Below are positions 1 through 12,194 of a stretch of 64,000 nucleotides of DNA, in pieces. Numbering within the stretch: the stretch's first letter is position 1; the number at the start of each line of letters is the position of its first letter. Below the pieces are notes generated by a model. The model searched no databases. It had not been told where the DNA came from and worked only from the letters and a program-made list of their open reading frames with translations. This DNA is from Octopus bimaculoides. Its lineage: Eukaryota. Location of the stretch: positions 37,570,075 through 37,634,074 of the forward strand of contig NC_068997.1 of the NCBI RefSeq assembly GCF_001194135.2. The letters run 5' to 3'. A program made the translations under genes and the position numbers.

Positions 1-1341
1 TCATAGATTCTGTTGTTATGTTTGGCTGAAGAATTTTGCTTTTGGCAAGAAATTAAGCCATTGTGATATGCACTTTTCCATATACAGAATGGTTATCATG
101 GAAATTATGGTTACAGAAATATAGTAATTTTAGTTGTCTGCTGTTCTTGAGTATTAAAGGGTGCTATGTTGCTATTTGTTTGGTTTATTAAGAAGTGATT
201 TTATTTTATGTATTGATAATTAATTAGCCCATTGATAAATATTTCTCTTGTAATTATTAATGGAAATGATATATATTGGATAGAAAATTTTACGTTGCAT
301 ATAGGTGAGGCATGTAGGCTGAAAGTGAATGATAAATGTGACTGATGCCATTTGTGTATGTATGGTGGTGAGGGTGGGGGTTAAAGATGAATGGCTGTTG
401 GTTGTTGAAAAAAAGAAAAGGTGTAGGATAGATAGATACATGTGTGTTGATAGACTGAATTTTGTTAAGGGATTTATCAACACACTGTGAAAGGTGAACT
501 GATAGGAACAAACAGTTTAGTGATGCATAGATCTCATGAAAGAAATGGATGAAAGCTTTACTGATACTCAGTGAAACTATGATTTTCATAATAGATCCAA
601 AGTCTGTGAGTTAATGGGTCTACACATTTCATTTTTTTAAATCTTAAAATAAACAAACTTTCCCCACCTAGGACTATGTATAGATATCAGATTAGCAGTT
701 TTGTACTACCTGAATAGCCATAACATAGATGCAATTAGAAAACAACTAATAAACATATTTAAAGAATAAATTCTAAAAATAACTATGAACACTAATTTTT
801 GAATCATGAAATTTTTAGACATTACATTAAGCTTGACTTCAGGTATAGTTAAGATATAGTTTACATAAACAATGACTCTAATCATCTTGTCATAGTTATT
901 AAAAACATAAAGATGCATTCAATCTATCCTCCAATAGGAATATATTCAGTTGAGCTGTACCCTTCTATAATGATGCATAAATAAGAAACAACTATAAAGA
1001 AAAAGAAAATGGAATATCTCACAAAACTGTAGAGCTAAGAAAAGTAGTGTGATGCAATTTATCCCTAGTCCTTAAACATAAGTGTAGGTTCTAATTTAGC
1101 ACTTACTTTCTTGTCCTTAATAAAAGACATCTTCCTGCTACACATAAATATAATAATCTTTTCAATAAACATATACATACATATAATTGTATATACACAT
1201 ATATAAACACACACATATATAAATATGTTCATGTACTTAAAACAAAAAAGAAAGTTGATTCTTTTCAAGCTGGTAATTCATTCAGTTGCTACTGAGAATT
1301 TATGGTTACCTGTGATGCTTCAGACAATAAAAATATGAATG

Positions 1342-1520
1342 GAAAAACTCGGTCATTTAATGTGGATGAAGCTAGCAGAAGAGGGAGACCCGGAAAGATA
1401 TGGTACAAAGTGGTGAAGGTTGATCTCAGGATGTTGAACCTCACAGAGGAATTGACAAGAGAATGGGATGAATAGAAATATATGGTTCTTGAGAAGGTCT
1501 GCCCAACTCACTGAAACTAA
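1342..1520 (+). mobile_element. RTE-clade LINE, 3' end fragment
   Basis: Reads SRRGRPGKIWYKVVKVDLRMLNLTEELTREWDE, the typical RTE ORF2 C-terminus (RGRPxKxW); a (GT)n tract follows shortly after. Confidence 0.65.
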
Positions 1521-1529
1521 GTTCTAAAA

Positions 1530-1579
<50 letters not shown>

Positions 1580-1599
1580 TATGCGTAACTAGGCCTTTG

Positions 1600-2490
1600 T
1601 TCAGTTTCCTCCTCAAGATACTTCCATCACCCTTCATCTCTATAACTTCAGCTTTTCCTGATAACACTAATGTTTCTTACTTCCCAGAATCATTTCACTT
1701 GATATCCATCTCTCATCCTTAATAATGTTCTATCCACCCATGTTTTGTATTAACTCCTACTGACTTCTCCACTTTACCTTCTCTACCCTCTCATGCTTTC
1801 CATGCACTATACTTGCTTCTCTCTTCCCTTCTCTCACAACCTTCCCAACTACTCATTACCCTTTCTCATCCTTCCCCTGTCTATTGTATTATCATTCCTA
1901 TTCAGTTTTATTCACTCCCGCTACTTATCCACCATTCACTACATCTACCCCACAATTATATTCAGTATCTATAATTGTCAGATACTCTTCCCTATTTACC
2001 ATCCACTCCACACTTTCATTCATTACATTAACCCCTCTCAAACTTCTTAGCTTTCATTTTACTATACACACTTGCAAACATCCACCCAAACTCCTGGTTC
2101 TTCTGCTTTCATTCATTTCAACTCACCTAATACATTGGGGATCCACACAGATATCTCATCACCTCTGTTATATCTCTCTTTTCAGCTCTAACCTGGTTGT
2201 AGCTCCTCAGCAGCAAGAAACCTGTTCTGTTCTGATCTCCTTTTCTCATACTTAAATCCCCCATTTCCTAGCATAAAGCCTCCTCTCTTGGAATTTGTAT
2301 TCTTGCAAGTTGCATGGAGACCTCACTAGTGCTGGTGGCACACACATAAAATCATCAAGGAAATTCTCTAAAGTGGTTGGCATTGGGAAAGTCAGCCAGC
2401 AATTTGAAAACATGCCAAAGTAGACATGATACAATTCTTTGACGTATAGAATCTAGTCAAACTGTCCAACCTATTACCAGCAGGGAACAT
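1600..2490 (+). mobile_element. Degraded composite repeat: CT-rich retroelement tail plus SINE-like 3' segment
   Basis: Same motif order as 24660-25770: agaaacctgttctg, then aaagtggttggcatt, then ctgtcaaactg/ctagtcaaactg, then gat-rich tail. Confidence 0.45.
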
Positions 2491-2906
2491 AGATATCAAA
2501 TGATCCTGATGGTGAAGATTCATGATGATGATAATGATAGTGGGGATGGTGGTGAAGATGATGATGATGATGATGATAATGATGATGATGATATATTTTT
2601 CTTAGACATTGCGAGACTAATAACCTGGTGTAGAACTCAATATAAGTATGCTTCAGAATGACGCATTAGTCAAATACAGAGTGCTAATAAGGAAATAAGA
2701 TAACAAAGGAATAAATGATTATCTTATGAACTTCATTAGCTTACAACGGTTTCTGCCCTAAGATGCAATGGACTCATAGTTGAGTATTATCCTGTAGCTT
2801 CATCGGAGCCTTGAATATCGAGTGCAGTTTATTAAATAAACTACACTTCATATTTGAAGCTCCAATGAAGCTGTGAGCAAATGGAGTGTGTATATAGATG
2901 TATGTG

Positions 2907-2982
<76 letters not shown>

Positions 2983-3023
2983 TATATGCATATATTACAC
3001 ACACACACACACACACATAACTA

Positions 3024-3185
3024 TGGGCATGAATGTGTGATAATAAATTTGCTCAGCTACATGGTTCTGGGTTCTGTCCCACTGCAAGGCATCTAGGGGA
3101 AGTATCTCATACTGTAGCCCTGAGCAAACCAAAATCTTGTAAGTGGATTTGGTAGATGAAAACTGAAAGAAGCCTGTCATATGTA
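3024..3185 (+). mobile_element. tRNA-derived SINE (dominant family), 5' part
   Basis: acatggttctgggttctgtcccactgc ... gtggatttggtagatgaaaactgaaagaagcctgtc; reverse complement of the copies at 9618 and 56228. Confidence 0.75.
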
Positions 3186-3494
3186 TGTGTGTGTGTATAT
3201 ATATGTATGTGTGCATGTATGAATGTGTGATTGTTTGTGTCTCCTTCTTTTGACATTGCATGATAGTTGTAAAATGCTATTCATACAAGCAATACTATTC
3301 ATTTCCAATATTCTGCAAGAACATGCCTTACCATGGGGAAATATTACCTTGTTTGGAAATAGGTGAGGGTTGGCAACAAGAAGGGTATCTGACTGTAGAA
3401 AGTCTGCCTTACTAAACTCAGTCCAACCTGTGAAAGAATGGAAAAGTGGACATTAAAATGACGATGATAATGATGATATACGCATATGTATATA

Positions 3495-3696
3495 TCTTTT
3501 ATCTTTTTTTTGTTTCAGTCATTAGAGTGTGACCATGCTGGGACACCACCTTGAAGAATTTTTAGCTCAATGAATCAGCCCCAGTATTTCTTTTAACAAT
3601 TGTACTTATTCTATTGGTTTCTTTTGCTGAAGCTTTAAGTTACAGGGATATAAACACACTGATATCGATTGTCAAGCAGTGGCAGGGGACAAAAAC

Positions 3697-3792
<96 letters not shown>

Positions 3793-3955
3793 GGTGGGCT
3801 TCTGTCAGTTTCTGTTTACCATATCCACTCAAAAGGCTTTCTTTGGTTGGCCCAAGGCTATAGTAGATGACACTCGCCCAAGGTGTTATGTAGTGGGACT
3901 GAACCCAGAACTATGTGGTTGAGAAGCAAACTTTTTACCACATAGCCATGCCTGT
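3495..3955 (-). mobile_element. tRNA-derived SINE (dominant family) with expanded internal (CA)n at about 3697-3788
   Basis: Collinear with the copies at 9618-10012, 56228-56648 and 60045-60475. Confidence 0.8.
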
Positions 3956-5099
3956 GAGATATATATATATATTTGTGTATATAAATTTGTTTGTGTGCAT
4001 GTGTGTGATGTATACATACATACATATATATATAATTCAAACACTTACATACACACACACACACCCTGAATGATCACACACACCAAAAAATACTGAGAAA
4101 TAATGCAGTGAATTTTCAGTTTCTTCCAAATGAGGACTCTGTGGTACATGTACAGAATACTCTTATTCTTGTTTGTGCATTCACAGTTTATATGTAATTG
4201 ATGTTTTGTTAAGACTGTGTAATCATCATAACAGCATGTGTAGACTATTATCATATGCTGTTTAGTTCATGTATATTTTATTCTGTTTCAATATGGGTAT
4301 GCTTATTTTTTTTCTTATCTTTTAGTCAGGAGGGAAAGCAGTGCTCATGATCAGTTACAGGGCCTCTGATACTGTTGGGAGGGAGGAAGTTATCCTTAGA
4401 CCAGAAACCTAATCCAGATGCTTCCTAAAGGCATCCAAGATATCAGGTAGTGGTGTTAAACCAGGTGATGGCTTAAATCTACTATGTAGAACATGGTTTG
4501 ATTTGAACTCAGAATGCAAGGCATCCAGTCTAATGTTTTTCTGCAGGATTTTAACTCAGAACTTCTAATGACTTTGCCAGTCCACTACTTATATGTTGCT
4601 AGATTGCAATTAGTTTAAACAGCTTGCACCACTTTCGAGTTAGTAGACTATATTTGTCTTTGAAAACAATTTGTATTTGTACCAGTATTATTTTATGGTA
4701 CTGTTTTAGCTGTAACTTTTCTTTTTGTGCATGAATAGCACCATTATTTTTATTTCTGCTTTAATCTCATAATATTCTGCATTTTTATACATCTTTCTAC
4801 CAGTTTTGATAGCTGTATGTTGGATTTTATTTTAAAATTATAGCTAAAGTGTGTATTCCTTCTTCATGACTTCAATATCAAAAAGCAAATTTAGCAATTC
4901 TATCAGATATTACTTGCAATCTGGCTCTTTTGAATCACAATTTATGTATTATCTTTACATATGAAATTAAGTAATGTCAACACTCATTGAGTAATGTACA
5001 TAAGCTTGAAAGTGTATAATTTCACCTTCATGGATTTTCTACAAATTTTCATAACAATGGTGTGAGGGATTTTTTTATAGAATATAGTATTACAAACAT

Positions 5100-6110
5100 A
5101 GCCAAGTTTAAACAGTGATTTATGTAAGCAGTGGGAGTGGTTCTTTCCCTAATGCTCAAAATATTCTTTATAGTTCCATACCATATAAGACAAATATGTT
5201 GTATCTTTCATTGTTATCTCTAAGTAAAGCCAAATCCTGTGTGTATCTTTCCTTGAAGGTATTTCCAGTCATTCCCAGTCATTCCCATGTAAGTTCTTGT
5301 GGTCCAATCCATGTCAGTGATATTGGCCTTATAAATCAGTTCTTTTACATGGCATGTATTGTTTAGAGGACATTTACCTGGGGATATAGTGTTACAAGAT
5401 CTGTGTGCATGTTCCTAGTGCTATGATTCTTATTGTAACTGAAGATGATTGTACCTATGTGGGGAAAGCAATTATAGCTAATTTTAACCATGTTTCTTTG
5501 TGGTTATTTATGAAGGCTACTTCATCAGAAGATATGTTGGAAATATACCTGCTTATGCTATTTATTGTTGATGGTGGATGGTTACAGCTGCTGTTGATAC
5601 ATGATGTATCCCTTGTTAGATTAGTGGAAAATCTATATTTTCCTGTGTCAAGGTTCATGTTAATATCTAGGAAATTAGCTTCTTTGAGATTAGTGCTAAC
5701 TGTAATTTTTAAATTGAGTTGATTAAATATCTTGCATAACTTCTATGTATCATAGCCATTCTTATTATGCCTTACTCCATCATCCCTACATAAATCTATG
5801 TTAGCATCTTTTACGACATTGTTAGGGATATGTAAGATGAAAAGGCCAACCAGACCCACTATCTATGCTCTATCAGGCATCCCTATAGCAACATCAAATA
5901 GTTCATTTCCATTCTTTTTCACCCAGTATGTATTATGAAAAAGCAATGATTTTCTTGCATTTATCATTATGGCTCCTTTGGTATTAGTAACAGTTGATAT
6001 GAGTGCCTGAACATGAGTGCCTGTAGGAAGAGGATTTTGGAGATTAGAGAGTGGGGTAAAAATCTGCAATGTTGAACTAGATGAATTTGCATTTGGGTTT
6101 ATCATTAATT
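5100..6110 (-). mobile_element. Penelope-like element, decayed RT and GIY-YIG endonuclease
   Basis: - strand frames give ARKSLLFHNTYWVKKNGNELFDVAIG (RT), NLDTGKYRF...SCNHPPS...ISNISSDEVAF (RT thumb) and GMTGNTFKERY (GIY-YIG); multiple stops and frameshifts. Confidence 0.8.
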
Positions 6111-6352
6111 TTTTTCAAAACATGCAATAGTTGCACTGCTACACATCCATTGGGTGATGTTTCAGGAAACTGTGATATGTCGTATAATATTATTCAATAT
6201 AGATTTGCTGATTATACCTATTTTACATTTTGTCAAATTTATCAGTCTTCACATAGGATATTGGGGGAAATTATCTTTATGATCTTTTATGGTTACAAAA
6301 GATTTTAACAGGATAAGTTGTTCTGCTCTACCTTCAAACCTCTCATATCCTG

Positions 6353-6439
<87 letters not shown>

Positions 6440-6804
6440 GAGAGAGAGGGAGAGAGAGAGAGGAGAGCATTTATGATATGGCTAGTAAAAACTAAAAGAA
6501 ATTACTCATATTAAGTTTGTAGAGTGTGAATATATATTAAATTTTGTATAGCTTATTACTCAGAGTTTCTTACTAGAAATACTCTTCAGGTAATCTTCTG
6601 CATCTGAAGATCACTCTGAGTGAGGGCTCAAAATAGTAGGTTACATATAGATAATAAAGTAATATGTTTAACTACACATGCATGCATGCATACATGCACA
6701 CATGCATATATACATATATATATACATACATACTGTTCATTTGCTCAAGCAGTAGCAATTAAAGCCCAGGATGTCAACATCCACATACATTCGCGTGCAT
6801 GCAC

Positions 6805-6844
<40 letters not shown>

Positions 6845-6915
6845 GATGATCTTCTACATCAATTTCTTCATGTCAGTTTCACTTACAAGGTATTATATAT
6901 ATATATATATATATA

Positions 6916-7853
6916 NNNNNNNNNNNNNNNNNNNNNNNNNNNNNNNNNNNNNNNNNNNNNNNNNNNNNNNNNNNNNNNNNNNNNNNNNNNNNNNNNNNNN
7001 NNNNNNNNNNNNNNNNNNNNNNNNNNNNNNNNNNNNNNNNNNNNNNNNNNNNNNNNNNNNNNNNNNNNNNNNNNNNNNNNNNNNNNNNNNNNNNNNNNNN
7101 NNNNNNNNNNNNNNNNNNNNNNNNNNNNNNNNNNNNNNNNNNNNNNNNNNNNNNNNNNNNNNNNNNNNNNNNNNNNNNNNNNNNNNNNNNNNNNNNNNNN
7201 NNNNNNNNNNNNNNNNNNNNNNNNNNNNNNNNNNNNNNNNNNNNNNNNNNNNNNNNNNNNNNNNNNNNNNNNNNNNNNNNNNNNNNNNNNNNNNNNNNNN
7301 NNNNNNNNNNNNNNNNNNNNNNNNNNNNNNNNNNNNNNNNNNNNNNNNNNNNNNNNNNNNNNNNNNNNNNNNNNNNNNNNNNNNNNNNNNNNNNNNNNNN
7401 NNNNNNNNNNNNNNNNNNNNNNNNNNNNNNNNNNNNNNNNNNNNNNNNNNNNNNNNNNNNNNNNNNNNNNNNNNNNNNNNNNNNNNNNNNNNNNNNNNNN
7501 NNNNNNNNNNNNNNNNNNNNNNNNNNNNNNNNNNNNNNNNNNNNNNNNNNNNNNNNNNNNNNNNNNNNNNNNNNNNNNNNNNNNNNNNNNNNNNNNNNNN
7601 NNNNNNNNNNNNNNNNNNNNNNNNNNNNNNNNNNNNNNNNNNNNNNNNNNNNNNNNNNNNNNNNNNNNNNNNNNNNNNNNNNNNNNNNNNNNNNNNNNNN
7701 NNNNNNNNNNNNNNNNNNNNNNNNNNNNNNNNNNNNNNNNNNNNNNNNNNNNNNNNNNNNNNNNNNNNNNNNNNNNNNNNNNNNNNNNNNNNNNNNNNNN
7801 NNNNNNNNNNNNNNNNNNNNNNNNNNNNNNNNNNNNNNNNNNNNNNNNNNNNN
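6916..7853. other. Assembly gap (N run)
   Basis: Ns. Other large gaps: 18824-19630, 37014-37877, 38246-39243. Small gaps near 11522, 22574, 32948, 41409, 49841 and 51324. Most abut microsatellites. Confidence 1.
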
Positions 7854-7869
7854 CTATTAAGCAATGAAA

Positions 7870-8490
7870 AAAATTAACAGATAAAAATTGAAAGATTAAA
7901 ATATCATAAAATTAAAAAATTAAAAGTTAAAAACTAAATTTATGCTATCCAACACTATTGACTGTTCCCTAATAAATTAGTAATTTACAATTAAAAAGAT
8001 TAAAAATCAAGAAACTGAACATTTCCTCACGGTGGTGCACCAGCATGACCGCAGCCACTTGGCTGAAACACATAAATAAATAAAAATTAAAAAAAAATTT
8101 AGATTAAATCAAAAATTCTTTAAGAAATAAAAAAAATAAATAATAAATAATTCTTAAAAATTTGAATTTTAAACCTCAAAAATCAAAAATTTTATCAAAA
8201 AGTCGTGTTTTAAAAATATGGAAATTCAAGAATTATTTTTATCTATGCAAAAATAAAAAAATTGATTTATGTATATAAAAAAAGCATTTAATGGTAAAAT
8301 ATGGAAAATAAGAAATATGACAGTAAATATAAGGGTCTTAAAATGGGAGAAAAAATTTAGGTGTGCTTATGCATGCGCATATACATATGTATAAATATAT
8401 GTATACACACATATGTATTATACATGTATATATGCATAAATAAATCATATTTTTATGTGTGTGCATATGCATACACACACACACACACAT

Positions 8491-8524
<34 letters not shown>

Positions 8525-9075
8525 GAATTTGTTTGTGCACATGTACATCTCATCTATTTTTTTCTCCAGTTTAAGATTGATATTTAAGGTCATATTTCTT
8601 CTATCTTTTACCTTTAAGTGCATTTTTATAGATATTAAACAATATTTTAATTTTTAATTTTTTGCATAGATAAAAATAGTTCCTAAATTCTTAAATTCAA
8701 AAACATCTTTTAACATTTTTTAACAAAAGTGAAAATTTTTAAAAAAATTGTTATTTACTTTTTCAAGAAAATTTTTGATTTAATTTGAATTTATTTTTAA
8801 TGTCTAATTTTTAATTTTTTTACTCTTTAATTTCAAGCTTTTAAAATTTTCAAATATTTAAATATCTAATTTTTAATTATTTAACATGTAAAAAAAATTT
8901 TCAATTTTGCTTTTTGCCACTATATATAATTTTAAACTTTTTTTATTCTCAATTTTAATTTCAATTTTAATTTTGTTTGCTTTTCCTTTCATAATTTTGA
9001 AAGTTTTCAATATCCTATTACTTTTAATTTAAACTTTCAAATTTTCAACTGCCAGTGTCAATTTTTCATATTTAA
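7870..9075. repeat. AT-rich imperfect inverted repeat (foldback-like) around a (CA)/(TA) spacer
   Basis: 8230-8365 (attatttttatctatgcaaaaataaaaaa...agaaatatgac...tcttaaaatgggagaaaaaa) matches the reverse complement of 8535-8680; A-rich left arm, T-rich right arm; outer limits uncertain. Confidence 0.6.
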
Positions 9076-9103
9076 AAAAGTTTTATAAGGTTTCCTGAAA
9101 AGG

Positions 9104-9181
<78 letters not shown>

Positions 9182-9571
9182 TATATATATGTTAGCTTCC
9201 AAGGTTTACAATACTATTTAAACCTCAATATCCCATCTTTTAATGTTTTATTCGTAAGAAGCTGTGTGATTTTTTTCATTCTTTTATATATTTATTCATT
9301 TACTTACTATATTCATTTCCTTTTATTTATCACTTTATAATTATTTCAACCAGCACATTGTGACTATTAAACAAAAAAATAGTTGTCTTTCTTGTAATGC
9401 CCAGAGGGGATTTTTCTTCCCACATGTGGTGTAGGGTTTTTTGTGATTTTAATCGATGGTGCTAAGGGCACTTAGCTTATGACAGCTGAAAAATTGCAGT
9501 GATGAGCATATAGTTGACATAGAAACTTGAAGTTCTATATGTGAGTCTCCATAATTGTATCTTTCTATATG

Positions 9572-9607
<36 letters not shown>

Positions 9608-9617
9608 TATACTCTCT

Positions 9618-10012
9618 TTTACTCTTTTACTTGTTTCAGTCATGTTTGACTGCAGCCATGCTGGAGCACCCCCTTTAGTCAAGAAAATCGACCCCAGGAC
9701 TTATTCTTTGTAAGCCAAGTACTTATTCAATTGGTCTCTTTTTGCCGAACCGCTAATGTACGGGGACGTAAACACACCAGCATCGGTTGTCAAGCGAAGG
9801 TGGGAGGACAAACACAGACACACAAACACACACATATATATATATATACATATATACGACGGGCTTCTTTCAGTTTCCGTCTACCAAATCCACTCACAAG
9901 GCTTTGGTCGGCCCAAGGCTATAGTAGAAGACACTTGCCCAATGTGCCACGCAGTGGGACTGGACCCAGAACCATGTGGTTGGTAAGCGAGCTACTTACC
10001 ACACAGTCACAT
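9618..10012 (-). mobile_element. Near full-length tRNA-derived SINE (dominant family)
   Basis: - strand head ctgtgtggtaagtagctcgcttaccaaccacatggttctgggtccagtcccactgcg, central (AC)/(AT) tract, tail gactgaaacaagtaaaagagt; CpGs retained. Confidence 0.85.
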
Positions 10013-10169
10013 ACATATGTACATACACGTATACATACATACATGAATACATACATACATACATACATACACACATACATACATATACATCTAATGCCTT
10101 GCAAGTGAATTTGATATATATCATCTTAACATGAACATCATCTTACTCATCTTTTAATGTCTGTCTTCT

Positions 10170-10700
10170 GTGCTGGAAATTGATGCCCTAGTCACTCCCG
10201 ACCGCCACCCCCAAAAACCTCAGTCACAATGACTTTCTGTGCTAGTTGCTGACTTTTGAACTTCTTAGTCCATGGAAACGTTGCGTGACACTATCAATGG
10301 ATTGAATCTTTGTTTCCGGATTGTAAAGATATGACCGCATTTCACCCCCTCTCATCAGATAGGAAAAAATGTTTTCTTTGGCTTCAAGCACTTCCAGGAG
10401 TTCAGAGCAGGCTTCTACCCTTCTTTTCTTCAAATGGGTTGCTCTCTCTGCACACACTCTCCAATATCCAAAGTTTACCACAATCTTTTCTTATGCACTG
10501 TTTAGTCATGTAGCAGGCTTACAGATTGTTACTCTTCTGTCTATGCAAATCAGTTTGTCCACTCATAATTCATGTCACTGTTTGCAGTTGATGAACCCAC
10601 AATATTGTTTGTATTCTATGCTGTTTTTCCCTTCATTAAACTTCTTTATCCATCTGTGTATGATACTCTTCTCATTGTTGTTATTTCTGCAAATAATCTG
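10170..10700 (-). mobile_element. Decayed mariner transposase fragment
   Basis: ORF 10242-10481 KKRRVEACSELLEVLEAKENIFSYLMRGGEMRSYLYNPETKIQS resembles the mariner segment between WVPRxL and TGDEtWiyxYdPEtKxQS. Confidence 0.65.
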
Positions 10701-10896
10701 TAATCTTCAGACAGCTTGCACCCCTCCTTCATTAAAACCTAAAGCAATATGTTGCTTTTGCCTGGAACCTTATTATTTGCTAGCAATGAAGGGAAACAGG
10801 AAAAAGAGTTACTATAGTTATTCTACCAATACTGCAATTTCAACAAGCTATGTTAGTTAATAATAAAGTTGTGTCTACTTTAGCATTACTTTTGGA

Positions 10897-10935
<39 letters not shown>

Positions 10936-11254
10936 ATTTCTATCTATCTATCTATCTATCTATCCATATATACATACACACACACATACATACATACACA
11001 CATGCACACACACATACATACATACACACGTTTTACTTGTTTCAGTCATTTCGCTGCTGCAATGCTTGAAGTCTTTTGTCAACAAATTGACTCCAGTACT
11101 TATTTTTATAAGCCTGGTACTTAATCTATCGGTCACTTTTGTCAAGCTGCTATGTTACAGGGATTTAAACAAAATAACAGCAGTTGTCAAATGGTGGTGG
11201 TGGACAAATGCAAACGCAATGACACATGCACAGATATATGTATATATATCATCG

Positions 11255-11475
11255 TCGTCATCGTCACCATCATCGTCATCGTTCAATGTCTGCTTTCCAT
11301 GCTGGCATGGGTTGAGCGATTTGACTGAGGACTAGTAAGCCAGATGGCTGCACCAGGCTCCAATCTGATCTGGCAGAGTTTCTACAGCTTGATGCTCTTC
11401 CTAACACCAACCACTCTGGGAGTGTAGTGGGTGCTTTTACGTGCCACCGGCACGAGGGCCAGTCAGACAGTACTG
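11255..11475 (-). mobile_element. SINE 3' half (family with gtggttggtgttaggaagagcatc core and (gat)n tail)
   Basis: Reverse-complement match to the 3' segments at about 2330-2490 and 25600-25770. Confidence 0.6.
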
Positions 11476-11487
11476 TATATATATATT

Positions 11488-11521
<34 letters not shown>

Positions 11522-11561
11522 NNNNNNNNNNNNNNNNNNNNNNNNNNNTATATGAGTGTAA

Positions 11562-11925
11562 ACGTGCATGGCTCAGTGGTTAAAGCGTCGAGCTTACCAT
11601 TGTGAGGTTGTGAGTTTGATTCCCGGACCGGCTGCATGTTGTGTTCTTGAGCAAGACACTTTATTTTACATTGCTCAGCTGTATAGAAATGAGTTGCAAC
11701 GTCACTGGTACCAACCTGTATCAGCCTCTTTGCCTTTCCCTCGGATAACATCAGTGGCGTGGAGAGGGGAAGGTTAGTATGCATGGGCTGCATGCTAGTC
11801 TTCCATAAAAACAACCCTAGGTTGTGTGTTCACCAGTGAGGAGACTTTTTGCCCAGACTTGTACCCCAGAGGAGAACCTCTTAGGTGCACCCATGGTCAT
11901 TTGTGACCAATGGAGTCGAGTTTGA
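11562..11925 (+). mobile_element. tRNA-derived SINE with Pol III A/B boxes
   Basis: Head tggctcagtggttaaagcg (A box) ... gagtttgattccc (B-box-like), followed by gttcttgagcaagacactt and a non-tRNA body. Confidence 0.75.
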
Positions 11926-12194
11926 GTTCATATATGAGTTAGTGCTCTGGTTGAAGTTGGCATTAAAGACACTTTTCTTCTTTTGGATGGATGGATAGTT
12001 TTGGAACAGGCTACCTTTCCAGTTCCATACCCATCTGCCAAATCCACTAACAATGATTTGGTTGGCCTGAGGCTAAGTAGAAGACACTTGCTCAAGAAGC
12101 CATGCAGTGGGACTGAACACAACCATGTGGTTGAGAAGTAAGCTTCTTACCACACACACACACACACACACACGAACACACACACACATATATA

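Noticed and set aside
4326-4410. Strong + strand acceptor (ttttttttcttatcttttag) with a short open frame SGGKAVLMISYRASDTVGREEVILRPET*
   Set aside because: No similarity to PCBP linker or KH sequence, no good donor, and downstream sequence looks repeat-derived
6620-7877. Long ORFs of 300-440 aa in the track (also 18470-19663, 36820-38006 and 38012-39343)
   Set aside because: They run through N gaps; X residues are unknown bases, not coding evidence
11562-11640. tRNA gene
   Set aside because: A/B-box-like head continues into a SINE body, with no complete cloverleaf or oligo-T terminator; I found no rRNA or genuine tRNA genes
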